A program made the translations under genes and the position numbers. A DNA stretch of 64,000 bases from assembly GCF_964204645.1 (NCBI RefSeq), contig NC_134031.1, positions 18,421,910 through 18,485,909 of the forward strand. Direction: 5' to 3'. Under the pieces are notes generated by a model, which ran no database searches, had not been told where the DNA came from, and saw nothing but the letters and a program-made list of their open reading frames with translations. The stretch is from Tubulanus polymorphus (taxonomy: Eukaryota; Animalia; Nemertea). Numbering within the stretch: position 1 is the first letter of the stretch; each line of letters starts with the position of its first letter. Below, piece by piece: positions 1 to 12,918 of this stretch.

Positions 1-2181
1 CGTGCCTTAACGTTCTACTCTGTAATTATTACCTAACAATATGTGGATTACTCCGCGCATTGAATGCTTAATTGAAAACAAAATTTCAGGATTTCGGCAG
101 AAATCGCTGAGACTTATCTAGATGTATACAGATTGAAGACGTGGTGGATTTTTCGAGGGAAATCTCCCAGGAGATTCCATCAACAGTGCGACGCGGTTTT
201 TTGCTGCTAACTTTGTGATGGATGATTTGTCAAAGCCCCAATCAATGTGTAAAAATCCCTAAGGAAATTAGTACCTGACACCACATATTCTCATCGTCTG
301 CTGAGAAAAGACTCGTAACTATAGGGAGAATCGAATACGTGTAACGTACAATTTCGACGGAAAAGTGCTCCATGAAATACCGCTACTTTAAAAACCTGGC
401 TAGGTACCTGGGAATCAAATCGAAGAGAAATTAATCCATCCAAAATCGAGTCCGAGATATCCAATTACTCCATAGGCGGGTGCTACGATTCACAAATTGC
501 AACATTATGGAATTTAAGACATGCTTATCGTCGGTTCAAATGAAGCAAATGTTTGTTAATTTCAATGATACATGCTCTTCATACAATTCTATTACATAAG
601 GAGTACCACAAGGTTATATCCTTGGGCTACAATTCTTTGTTACTCTGAACCTTTTTAAAAACGCAAAATGTATTCTCGTGAAAACACGAACGACGACCTA
701 AAGTCGAAGACAAAAAGTTTGACAGAAACTTTTCACAGACACGATAGTTTAATCAGACAGTAGAAAAAACCCGTTTGCTGATCTCAAACTGGAAGCTGAA
801 AAAACGGAATTTGAGATGAAAGAATACGCGCGCAAACACTCGGAAAACTTTCTGATTAAAATTATTTTTAGTTTGAGACGCTTTTTCAATTTCAAACATT
901 TTAATCTAGCTTTAATCAAGAGCGCTACCGGGTAGCGTTACAGATTCACCTGGTACTAGTACGGAGGAAACTAAGTCCCGCAGTTTCTTAGATTACTGGC
1001 TCGATGTTTTTTTTTCATCAGCTCACAGCTCGCACACTGTTTCCTCGTTATTCAACGAGTGGTAGAATTAATCACACTTTACGGTATTCGAATTCATCAC
1101 ATTTTCCACTATTTATTTTTTAAGGGATAGAATACAAAAGCGAGTTCTAGGGTATAGGGCATATATGAGACTTTGGGCTGAGATGGGGGATAGGAGGATT
1201 GAACGGAGTTATTTGACTGGCAATTAGAGAACCGCGCCCTGTCTTACATTGAATTAATCTAATTAATCAAGAAATCCGTATGACTAAATTAGACTATATC
1301 AACTCTCCGTCTTTCCTTTCTGTTTCTAATTTATCCAATTAGTAAAAATGAATCAATTCTAACTTTTAATCATGCGGAGCATTTAATCTAAAATGTGATG
1401 ACGACATCGAAAAAATTCCCTCAGTTCATAGCCCTTGAACAGTTTAACTTCTATTCAATGATGGATTAAGAATGATTCTTCAACCGCCAGATAAGATAAG
1501 TACTCAAATAGAGTATGATTATTGAAAACTTCAATGACCCCCGTGGCAGAAATCTAACACCTCCATTCATACACAATTCAAACATTTGCTCCTTGGGTAA
1601 AAAAGAAAATATTGAAGCTGTTATTGGCAATTTGATAACTAGCAAGAGGTGTTTCAAATCCCAGTATCACGTACAGTAACTGGGCCCTTAGTCCAGTTTT
1701 GCGATACAGTTTTCAGCGAACACTTTAGTTAGCAGCAACAAAAAATGAGAATGCATCGATTATTTTTGTGGCGACGTTTTTTTGCACGATTTATCCTCTT
1801 TCTATGAAACCAGAAAGAACTCGACTCGAATAGACGACAAAAATATGACATTTGCTTGCATCCATTTCGATGAGACACCAGGCTGAAAATGATTCCGATC
1901 GATAATACCACTTAGAGTCGCGGGACGACTAGGGAAGGGATCTTAGCAGCAGGTAAAATCTCGCGTGGAAGTAAAACGAAAAATTGAATTTCGATAAATT
2001 ATTCTAAATCTCGCCAGTTTCGGGAGACGAACCAAACAGAAAATAAACGATATTCATTAAATCCTTTTTGCGACGAATGCGTGAAATGATGCAAACTTTT
2101 ATTAGAACAGTTTTACCCAAATATCCATAGAAACGATAATAATAAAAACTAAATGAGTAAAAACTGTAAAACGGGATCATT

Positions 2182-2749
2182 CCCCTCATCAGGTGAGGAT
2201 TAATACCCCTCATCAGGTGAGGATTAATACCCCTCATCAGGTGAGGATTTATACCCCCTCATCAGGTGAGGATTTATACCCCTCATCAGGTGAGGATTTA
2301 TACCCCCTCATCAGGTGAGGATTTATACCCCTTATCAGGTGAGGATTTATACCCCTCATCAGGCGAGGATTCATACCCCTCATCAGGTGAGGATTTATAA
2401 CCCTCTTCAGGTGAGGATTTATACCCCTCATCAGGTGAGGATTTATACCCCTCATCAGGTGAGGATTTATACCCCTCATCAGGTGAGGATTTATAACCCT
2501 CTTCAGGTGAGGATTTATACCCCTCATCAGGTGAGGATTTATACCCCCTATTCAGGTGAGGATTTATACCCCTAATTGGGTGAGGATTTATACCCCCTAA
2601 TTGGGTGAGGATTTATACCCCCTAATTGGGTGAGGATTTATACCCCCTAATTGGGTGAGGATTTATACCCCTTATCAGGTGAGGATTTATACCCCCTCTT
2701 CAGGTGAGGATTTATACCCCTTGTCAGGTGAGGATTTTTACCCCCTCAT
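2182..2749. repeat. 24-25 bp minisatellite, unit CCCCTCATCAGGTGAGGATTTATA, about 23 copies
   Basis: Directly visible tandem unit with internal palindrome CCTCA-TCAGG-TGAGG. A variant block (CTAATTGGGTGAGG x4) lies at ~2572-2670. Explains ORFs 2249-2527 and 2315-2575. Confidence 0.97.
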
Positions 2750-3707
2750 TGTTTTGTCTTCTATGGATACTTCGATTCCTGAACTCGCTACCTAATATTT
2801 AGTTTAAGACAATTTTAAAGATACATCAAGGATGGCTTAGGAAACTTCCCAGTCCTCGAGACCAGTCGTGGCTTCGATTTTAGATCATAACAGGACCAGT
2901 TTTCCCAGGTTGTTAGTTTATTAAGCTGATGGAACAAAAACCAGACAATTTTTTAAACAAACCATAATTCAGAGTCAAGCCAAGTCAATTATCAATTCGT
3001 ACTGGTCTAATAATAACCCTTGTGCAATACCACAGGTTATAACCTGGGACGTAAGCCTATTTGATGTTTGTTTAGTTATTTCAGTAAGTTAACAGTCTTT
3101 GGACTTATCCCAAATTTGAGTGATATCAAAGAATATATGGAGGTACCAGGCACCGGGTATAAACTATCTATTTGCGTCAACTCCGCAATGGAGGATATAA
3201 TTTCAAGAAAACAGAATTGACAGAATGGCAAAAAATTAATCACTTTGAATACAGAGAGGGAGAGAGAGAGAGCTGACATAGATCCAAATAAATGATTCTA
3301 GAATTAGCAATCGGGCTTTACCTGAGGAAAATTTATTACAGCTGCAACATGATTTCGAGTATAATTCCGGCGGTAAGATAAATCTTCTCGATTTAATCCT
3401 ATACTGCAGCGGCAGTCCGAGACACCCTCGCTAATCTTTAATGTAAAGGTCTTCCTTCCTTCTAAGCCGTGCACGTAATGATGATAATAATAATATTAAC
3501 AATGATACATTCTATACCGTTAATCCATACGCATTGAATATATCTAATCCAACTTTTCTCTTTTCCCACTGAGCACAAACGGACACGCGAATAAGACAAG
3601 AAATTAATAAAACGCTAATCCCCGAGCTCACCACACCGGGAAGATTGTCAGCGTTATTTATGGATTTATCCAAAGAACCTAGATTTACCGTTTTCAAAGC
3701 CGGAGTC

Positions 3708-3952
3708 TGAGAGAGAAGAGAGAGGAGAGAGGGGTGGAGAGTGAGGGAGGAGAGTGAGCGAGAGGAGAGAGGGTCGGAGAGAGCGATAGAGAGGAGAGTG
3801 AATGAGGGGTGCAGAATGAAGGAGAGGGAGAGACATAGGGAAAGGGAGAGAGAAGGATGGAAAGAGACGAGAGAGAATGGAACGGAGAGAGGAGGGTGAG
3901 GAAATGCAGAGAGAGGGGGAGTGGGAGAGATGGGAGACAGGGATGGAGAGGG
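3708..3952 (+). repeat. Degenerate AG-rich purine tract
   Basis: Almost pure A/G low-complexity sequence; source of ORF 3512-3964. Confidence 0.9.
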
Positions 3953-4589
3953 GGCTTTATTCACTGTAGAAAATGAATGATGCTCGTTGATCTACCGACG
4001 CAGCCGTATATATTGAAAAGGGAATAATTCACCTAATCTCCGATACGAATTTAACAAAACCCTAGGGATTTCTGTGACATCTAGAAAACCGTTAATAATA
4101 CCGCGAGCGCACCACTCAACAGAAAGCTGAAATCCAGGACCCCCCGTATCACAACATCATTCAATCTAGTTCTTCATTTTCATTGTTTGAACTCACAATA
4201 AAATAGAGTCAAAATCTTACCGGAAATGGTTCGTGTTCTTATGAAACAAGGTCCTCGGAGGAGTGAATATGAATTCGACCGATCATCCAACTATGTCTGT
4301 ACTTCGATTTCCGAAGTACGACTGATGGGTAAATATATGTAATTCAGTACAAATCGATCAATCAAAAAGACTAGATGAAAAAGCAATCCTTAAAAAAACC
4401 CATTTTGAATGAAAATTTTTGAAATTTATTATAAAGTCTAACTGAACCGACATCTGTAGAACTGGGTCCTCTAGTTCCATCGATGGCATGCAAAATTAAT
4501 GGAATTAATTGATTAATGGAACCAATTGTGTGTTACAACGAAAGTAGTGCTTAAATTATTTCATTTTCCATTATCAAATTCATGGCCCG

Positions 4590-4748
4590 TGAAGTGTGGA
4601 ACTGAGTTCAGACCTGCGGAACTAGGTCCAGAACTGTCGAACTGGGTCCAGAGGTGTGGAACAAGGTCATGAACTGTGGAACTGAGTCCAGAACTGTCGA
4701 ACTGAAACTGAACTGTCGAACAAAGTCCAGAACTGTGGAACTGGATCC
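4590..4748 (-). repeat. ~20-21 bp tandem array derived from MITE-A terminus (GAACTGTGGAACTGGGTCCA)
   Basis: About 7-8 degenerate copies of the reverse complement of GGACCCAGTTCCACAG. Confidence 0.88.
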
Positions 4749-6137
4749 TGGATTTTATCCAAAACTCACGGATTCGCTGCCACAATGTAAAAACTGTTTG
4801 TTCTAATATCAAATTGGTAAAAAAATCTATTAACTAACTATCTATCTGTCTATATGATTAACAACAGCCGGTGTCTGATGAGAGTCCGGATGATCATAAA
4901 ATTTCACATTATTTCACGACGAGGCACACATTGTGTATTACGGATCGAATGCTATTAATCAGGACACGTCATAAAGAACAATAATAGATGGTTTTTATAC
5001 GAGCGAACCATCAATGGCAGCTGCTCTTAACTAAAGCATCATCAATTTAAATCAACAATGCTACCGTATAGTAGGCTAATATATTAGCGGAGCAAAATAC
5101 ATCGTATTTTAGTTAAAAGTGAATTTGATAATTCGGTTTAAATCGGGCGCTTATCACTTAATGGCATTTATGTTTTGTCATTTGCTTTGGCTCAGCGAAG
5201 AACAACGTGAATCGCTTATTTCATGCGACGGTTGTGGAGCCGGAGTGTCCATTGAGAACCCACTTCATCTATTCTATACTCGCTGTTCTCCAACAACAGT
5301 TGTGAGAGGAGAGAGGGTTCAACGAGAACCTATTGTGACTGTGGGTTCGATTGTGTCTCTTCTAATTTCGCTAACATAAACACTATAATGCGGTCATGTC
5401 ATCAACCTTTGAGCATTGTAAATCTGATATTTTGGTAAGAAGAACTTTCCACCGCAGCTTCGAACGCGGTCATTTCATCATCACTGATCATCCGCAAACA
5501 CCGACCAAAATCAACACATCGCCCTCCGCCGGCCCATTTACGGAGCCATTATCCTCTTACTCGAGAAAACTGGCGCAAAGAGTCCGAACGTCGCATCACG
5601 AGTGTCAATCGTGACCAATTTTCTAGCATATTTGTGCCGGCTATTTGTCGACTCAATGAAGTTATTAAATCCTCGCTGAATGGACAAAAAGCGAGTCGAC
5701 AACATACTTCTCGTGATCAATTTTGCTTTTTGCGAGTTGTTAATGCGATTTGGACACTCTGAAGATGCCGCTTAATAGCCCTTCCGGTCGACCGACAACG
5801 GGCGTATTTTATGACTTGTCACGTCGTTCTGGCTGGGATAAGTGCCGCGTATCACGTGACGACATCGAGTTCGGCCGATTATGAAATCGATCGGGAACAA
5901 GGAGAAAGGGAGCGGTGTGTCCGAGCCTCATTCCGCAGCTCGTGGTGCGGTTAAAAATTAATGAATTCACGTTCACTGGATTTGGATTATCATCGTGGCT
6001 TCCGATTTCTAGCCAATAAAAAGACGAATCAGTTTCGCGGTAGTGCGTAAAGTGCGCGTTTGGTGATATGAAATCCAACGCACAGGAAAGAAAAACAAGT
6101 CCTAAAAGGTTTCTCCTTTAGTAAATAATTCATTGTC

Positions 6138-6200
6138 AACGTTTCGACTAATGTCCTTATAGTGACCTTTCGGTATTTCCGAAGATGACTATCAGGATGA
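6138..6200. mobile_element. Decayed inverted pair of Penelope-type hammerhead motifs
   Basis: Minus strand reads CCGAAAGG-T-CACTA-TAAGGACAT-TAGTC-GAAACGTT; plus strand reads CCGAAGA-T-GACTA-TCAGGA. Both resemble CTGAAGA-T-GACTA...TAGTC-GAAAC. Confidence 0.45.
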
Positions 6201-9200
6201 ACTACATGTATATACAAGCTCAAGGAAACACTAAATCATTACTCAAGGAAACAATTTTCTGGCAATTTTTGCATTCTGAAAGTGTGCTTTCTATATCATC
6301 GTGACGAGGATTCGGGTGGTTCCATCAATGGCTATATAGCTCATTTCCAGTTAGATAATTTGTGTCGTGAGATGTTTTAACTCACAACTGTGGAACGAAC
6401 TGTGCCAAAACACGATTCTCTTCTTTTAAATTCCCTCTAAGAAATTTCTCATCCGCTTTAAGTTAATTGCTTAAGCGCATTTTCAATGGGGAGTTCTTCG
6501 TGTACTTCTTAAACAGATGTTTTCGACGTTTTCAGCGCATATTTCAAATAAATGCATTCGACGAATTGTCTTTTAATCTTTGTCAAGAAAACGTGGTTAA
6601 TGTTCCTAGCAATAAGACAACGGCCGTAAGAAATTCCTGAAAAAGGGACAAGATCGCCCTCGAGTGGGAAAGATATTGTTTTTAACGATCCGAATTGAGC
6701 GGAGTCAACCTGTACCATCCAACTCAGATATCACTCATCCAGTCATAGCGAAATTCTAAATTATAATCTTTCAAAAGTCGTATCTACGTGTATATTTTTA
6801 TATTTTTATGATTTTGCACTTAATGACAATTTTTTTGGAATTAGTAATCAAAAGCACTGATGCACATAGACATATTTCCTGTGGGAAAAGAGCAAGATGC
6901 GATAAAATGTAGATGAAATTATCTTATTCATTTTTTTTCAAATTCGGAGGAAAAAGCACGGAGTTTATTTGTCTCCGGGGTCTGAGTATAATCACTACGA
7001 TGGCTGCTAACATCACGTAGTAGAGTAAACCGTTTAAATTACCCCTTTTTAAGTTTCATAAACAAATTCTACAAAATCCTAACTGGTCTTATTTGAAGGT
7101 CTACGGTGAAATATTTTCGGTAAGACTGAGTTTGGATTCATAACCGAAAGCGTAAGGCCTATTGACAAAATATATACCAAATCTTTTTGACGAATGATCG
7201 AGAATTACTTATAGGGTATTGTTTTATAGGAAAATAAATTTAAAAGTTGGCTCGGACTTAACTTATCAGTTATTAAGTTATTAAGTTAGATAGTTCGCTC
7301 GCTATTTTGATGAAAAACTGATTTAAAAACTCGATCTTTGCATGACCCGTTTCATGGTCCGCGGTTCAGATTTTCTTTTTCTTCGGTCAAACCTCGTACA
7401 CAGCACGAGGCGGGTTTGGAAGCATCGCACCAAATCAGAGACAATCAATCGAAGAGAAAACCGATCCCTATTCGAAGAACAAAAAGAAACACCATTGGAA
7501 ATATATGAACTCACAATCAAGCCACGAACTGTGGAACTCGGGATGATGGCCGTTTGGTGGCCATCGTCCATTCCTCTATTCAGCAAGTTAATTCAGTCTA
7601 GTTGAAACGTATCCGGTTTAAAAAACATCAGATCTCATAGACTTTCAGTGACACGCTTTTTCAGTGAATTCTATAGCGACGTATAACACTGACTTCCGAT
7701 TACAATGAATTCGATTATTATGGGCTCTGCTTACGTGCTTAGACACGGCGGAACAACAGTTCGGCATCACGGCGCTACAAACTTGACCGCGAAAACTAGA
7801 AATCTGATTTACAAAGGAAAAAAATCCTAGAACGAAGTCGAGGATCGATGAATGAAACGCATATTATTCCGGTTTATTCAAATAGAGAATTTGTGTCGAC
7901 AACAACAGACGCGTTGGTTCTTAATCAGAATCTGCACGGAAACTAACGATATCGGATATAACGCGTCACAGATTGATTTCTATTGAGAGGTTGCTACATT
8001 GCAGAAATTCGACGACTAAGGCACTTTTGATTCTTGATTTTCTTAATATTTTGAGAATGTTCTCAATAATAGGTAATATACACATTTCTCCCACGAGGAC
8101 CAGCGCGACAATCAGACCAAACGTTGCCGCGTAACCCAACTATTTTCCCAAATTGTTGAAAACACGTGATTATTACGTCATCCAATGGCGGATTATATCG
8201 TGTAGTGTTTCTTCGATGAAAGAGAGGCTCTTTTAATATCATACTTCAACGGTTTAGAGGAGAACTGTTAGGTTTAAAAATTGAATCTAGGATTTCTTAT
8301 GATCGATATCTACGTATATCGTGTCGTGATTTACCGAGAGGAAATTGCCTATTACAGATTTGATAGAAAATGTATCGCGGTGTTTTGGACGTGCGCCGGA
8401 CTGCTGTCAGTCACGCGTTTGAAATCTGTAATTCTGCTGGGCAACGTTCAGCGAAACGGTTTGAGATCGATGAAATGTAATCTATTTCAGGAAATAATTC
8501 CTATTAGAGGAACAAGTATTTGAGGTGTCAAACCAACGTTCTAAACGGTAGGATAACACACAAGTGGATGACGCCAGCCCTCGACGTGAGTTTATCATGT
8601 ACAACGATAAAACCTGATTGATATTCAAATTGCCCGTCTGGGTAACGTCTAGGCGACACGTGACCTCGTCGTCTGTTTAGTCCACTGGTTGCGCCAAACG
8701 ACAATCTCTTTACGAGATCAGTTACATTTCATTTTTTTTTTGACTGTACGTTAGTTATTGAATCTCGATTTAGATATCAGAAACTTTGAAATCCCCAATA
8801 AGCCGAATCCATTTAAGAAATCTTCTTCTAAGAAATGCGTTTATCTTTCTTTTTGTATATCAGTAAATTTTCTAAAAATATTTTTAAAATGATTTTTACC
8901 TCCAAGTACCCTGTATATATGATTTGAGCGAAATAACCCATATCAACGACAAAACATAAATGGGCCCTTTAGTAATTTGGAATCAACGACGAATCACTTA
9001 CATTCTAATTTCCGTACACTGGGTGCTACGCACTGGTTAAACGTAAAAAAGTGTGTCTAGAAATTGCACCCAACGCTGATTATAGAATCGTATATCAGTT
9101 TTTAATGCGTTCAGAATGCAGTCGAGATGTCGGCGTTTTCGATCGTGGAAAATATGGCGACGATATCACGATCAACAGGTAATCATAATCAACGAAGTAA

Positions 9201-9399
9201 TCGAAACCGTGCAGGATTACAAATTAATTACTGGATCTCACGCTTACAACCACCGCTGTTGATATTCAATGAAAAATCGTAGAAATACCAGACATACAAT
9301 CATCGAGCGTGTTTTTATCAATTCGTTTTTTTTTCACTCAGAAGATGAATGATCACAGGTGCGTGTTACTTGATTAAATTGTAATTCATACGAGACTGA

Positions 9400-9665
9400 G
9401 GAAGATAGAAAAAGGGAGGGAGAGAGAAATAGAGAGAGAGAGAGGGGGAAAGAGGGAGAGAGGGAGAGAGAGATAGAGAGAGAGAGAGGGGGAAAGAGGG
9501 AGGGAGGGAGAGAGAGATAGAGAGAGAGCGAGAAAGAGAGAAAGAGAGGAAGAGAGAAAGAGAGAAAGAGAGAAAGGAAGACTGGGGAATACGGGGAGAA
9601 AGTAGAAGAGAGTGGGAGAGAAGAGAAAGGGGGAGAGGGAGGGAGGGAGGGAGGGAGGGAGAGAT
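9400..9665 (+). repeat. AG/GGGA-rich purine tract
   Basis: Low-complexity (AG)n with GGGA runs. Confidence 0.92.
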
Positions 9666-10425
9666 AGTAGATGTTAGGATATGTACATGTGTTACCACTG
9701 ATACATTTACTATGAACACATGTTTGATGTAATTATACAGCGCTGATGGAAAACATACTTCACCTTCTTGTATTAGATATCATTTCGACTAAACCCACAA
9801 ATCATATTTGAAATTAACCGACACAGGAATTAGAATTATTCCACAGGCCCTCTGAAAATATGGCTACCTCCATAAACCGCCCACGACGTCACCGAAATAA
9901 CTTAGAATTAGTGCTTTATTTATAAAGCGCCTTCTCGGATAACTATAGTAATATAATGCTTGCTACCTCTATCAATTCCCCATTACATTATCAAACTTCC
10001 AGGGATGTAAGTGTGATACTAATAGGAAACAACGTGTGATTCAATTTGCACGTTTTACCAGAATTAACAACTAATTAATTAGAATTGTATCAGGTGCTTT
10101 GTGCCTTGGACAAGTGCTTGTCGTGTGTGCAGGTGACCTTGCGATAGCCACATGTGATTGTTTCCCTTCCGTTACAGCAGGATGCTGCGATAATTCAATC
10201 AACGGTGACTCTGGCAGTCGAGCTATGGTGACATATTGTCATTTCAGCAAATCTACAATGAACTGGCATACAATAGATTAACTATGTTTTACTAGCTGAG
10301 GACACGATGACGTCATAATAACGGTATGCCACCTGTCCGAAGGGTTTGTGAATTACGGTTGGACCCGAGGGTTTGAACCATTTTTCATCCAGTTCAAGTT
10401 TTAGTGGTGAAATTACTTGGCCCTG

Positions 10426-10533
10426 GGGCAGCGTCGAGCAAAAGTTAGTTAAAGATATCCGGCAGATGAAGTGGTAATTGTTACTATGCCAACTATCCAA
10501 CTAGTCTAACCGACCTTTGAGCAACTGTAGCCC
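10426..10533. mobile_element. 108-bp MITE with CTG target-site duplication (PIF/Harbinger-like)
   Basis: CTG|GGGCAG...CAAAAGTTAGTTA ... TAACCGACCTTTGAGCAACTGTAGCCC|CTG. Related termini at ~48395 (CTGGGGCCAGTTGCCCAAAAGT) and ~20627. Confidence 0.7.
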
Positions 10534-11111
10534 CTGGTGGTTGAATTTCACGCAGACTCTACGATGAAGTTTTCAAGAATAAACTAATTTTGGCATTTGC
10601 ACTCTCGAGCAAAAATGTCCGTTGAGTTAGATCTAATTAGGGCGCGTAGATATTTTAATGATTGCAACTAAATTTCATATATTTCAGCGTGAATGGTCGA
10701 ACGGTTGTTTCCAGTTCAACGCATCATTGAAACGAGTGTATAAACTACTGTATGTATATCTATTAATTGTATCCAATTTTTCACATGAAATATCGTATTT
10801 TATTTGGTTCAATATCGTATTCGAATTACTCGCATTATAATTGGACGCGTTTTATTTGTTTCTATTTAACGCGGTTTCCACGAACAAATACGATTTCATT
10901 AATTATAAATTGTAAATTACGTTCGATTGATTTGACAAACACACTCACTCACACACACAGACAGACAGACGAGACTATGAGCTCAGGTATAGTCGGCTGC
11001 CAAGCTGTCGCTTTAAACCATAATGGCATCTTATATCTAAAACCCGCTATGAACCTGTAACATGCACGTACAAATTCAAAAGGATAATCGCGAAATCTAT
11101 CTATATCTGGA

Positions 11112-11172
11112 ATCAAAATCTACACAGGACACGAGTTTCGGGACTCTTTCTAGAGCCTATCGTCAGGTGTAA
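11112..11172 (-). ncRNA. Degenerate minimal type I hammerhead ribozyme motif (Penelope-like element terminus)
   Basis: Minus strand: ACAC-CTGACGA-TA-GGCTCT-AGAA-AGAGTC-CC-GAAAC-TCGT-GTC-CT-GTGT. The 3' flank (GATTTTGATT) resembles that of the 59915-59970 copy. Confidence 0.6.
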
Positions 11173-11207
11173 AAAATAGCTAACAAGAAAATTATATGAA
11201 TTATCTA

Positions 11208-11495
<288 letters not shown>

Positions 11496-12457
11496 TGTAT
11501 ATAATTTGAGTGTATAACATAGAAACAGAATTGCAGTTGGTCCTGATGTGCCGAGATTTCACTTTGAAACATCGACAAGTGGTAGTTAACACGCAAACTG
11601 TCGATTTACACTCACGGTCTCTCAACAGTAAAAGGGACGTCGTTTTATGCAAACGTCGTTTTTATCACGGGACTTTATAACGTACAGAAAATGGACGCTG
11701 GAAAACAGCGTTCGAGGACTCTCTAAACGACATTATCAACACTGCGCCTACACGTCGTCAAATTTATCGTAATGGCCGAAAAAAATGATATACATAAAAA
11801 AATCCGATAAAACCCATTAGATAGTGACTTCACTGCTTTCGAAATTTGTAAATTTGTTTATCACTTATGAAATAATCAAATATAAATTTCTGAAGTTAAA
11901 TGCAATTTGTTGAAATAATTCTCTGTATTTTACTGATCTAAACTTTCACGAAAAATCTTAACGAATAGGAGGGGTTAAATGTGCTCCCCTAGACGCCGTG
12001 ACGTCAATAGGCGTCAAAGACGTTTTTTTTATAACGATTAAATAGTTTTTTCGTATAAAGAAAATTAGCCAAGGTCAAGTATTCGATTCACGTGGGATTA
12101 CAGCTTCCGGAAAAATCAAAATGCTTCATCTCGACTGAGGCTGTGTGTGTGTGTAGGGTAAGTACAACGGACTACTAATGGTATGCTATTAGGCTGTCCC
12201 CAGTGACAAGGGTATCGATGATTATAATAGCTAAAGACGATGGGAAATGGCGAGGATTTTCTGCTTGCCGCAGTTGGTGTCCGGTGATATAGCAGTGAAC
12301 GATCTAGTTATAATTGTATTTCATAAAGACGATACGATGATACGATGACACAGACCTTGAGGTCGTCATATCGGCAGCTCAGAATAAAAAAAGCTAGATC
12401 CTTTCGTTCCACTCGCCGCTGTATATCTAGGTATCTACAGCACTTGCGGCCACGCTG

Positions 12458-12544
12458 GAACCAGTTCCACAGCGCTCTGAGATAGTATTCATTGACTCAA
12501 AGAGTTAGGAAATGTACTCAAATTCACAACTGTGAGACTGGATC
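12458..12544. mobile_element. MITE family A copy
   Basis: CTG|GAACCAGTTCCACAG ... TCACAACTGTGAGACTGGATC|GTG: inverted termini, flanks differ by one base. Confidence 0.7.
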
Positions 12545-12871
12545 GTGAGTTCAGAGTTAACTCAAAACTGTAAGACTGTGGATCCTAGACTGTTTGTCAT
12601 TTTTCTCGATAAAGCGAACAAATTTTGACCGGAATCTAAAAGATCTAATCCCGCTTAATCGACTAATTATTACTCAATCTATTTTCCTAGTCCGCGGGTT
12701 TTCACTTATCTAAGCGTGACCTATAAACTTTGGCGGAAAATATCGAAAAATCGTTTTTCCAAAATTAAAACCAAAATGAAAAAAAAAAACAATTTGACTA
12801 AGTCAATCATATTTTGCCTTTAAATCCTGGTCGAATTCTATTCGAAAGATGATATAAAATTTAGTGACCGG

Positions 12872-12918
12872 GACCCAGTTCCACAAACTCACAAAACTCA
12901 CAACTGTGAAACTGGATC
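12872..12918. mobile_element. MITE family A minimal copy (47 bp)
   Basis: CGG|GACCCAGTTCCACA ... CTCACAACTGTGAAACTGGATC|CAG. Confidence 0.75.

Noticed and set aside
1-10. Reverse complement of the miR-124 5' end (TAAGGCACG) at the window edge
   Set aside because: Only 9-10 nt visible, and the adjacent sequence lacks the complementary star arm.
2182-2749. CRISPR-like regular palindromic repeat
   Set aside because: Units are head-to-tail with no unique spacers, no cas genes, and a eukaryotic context. The same applies to the arrays at 18574, 38964 and 51413.
4875-4905. CTGATGAG motif (also at 47298, 51809, 62677)
   Set aside because: No GAAA box after a stem II.
8907-8927. miR-10-like TACCCTGTATAT
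   Set aside because: The match decays after the seed region and no precursor hairpin is evident.
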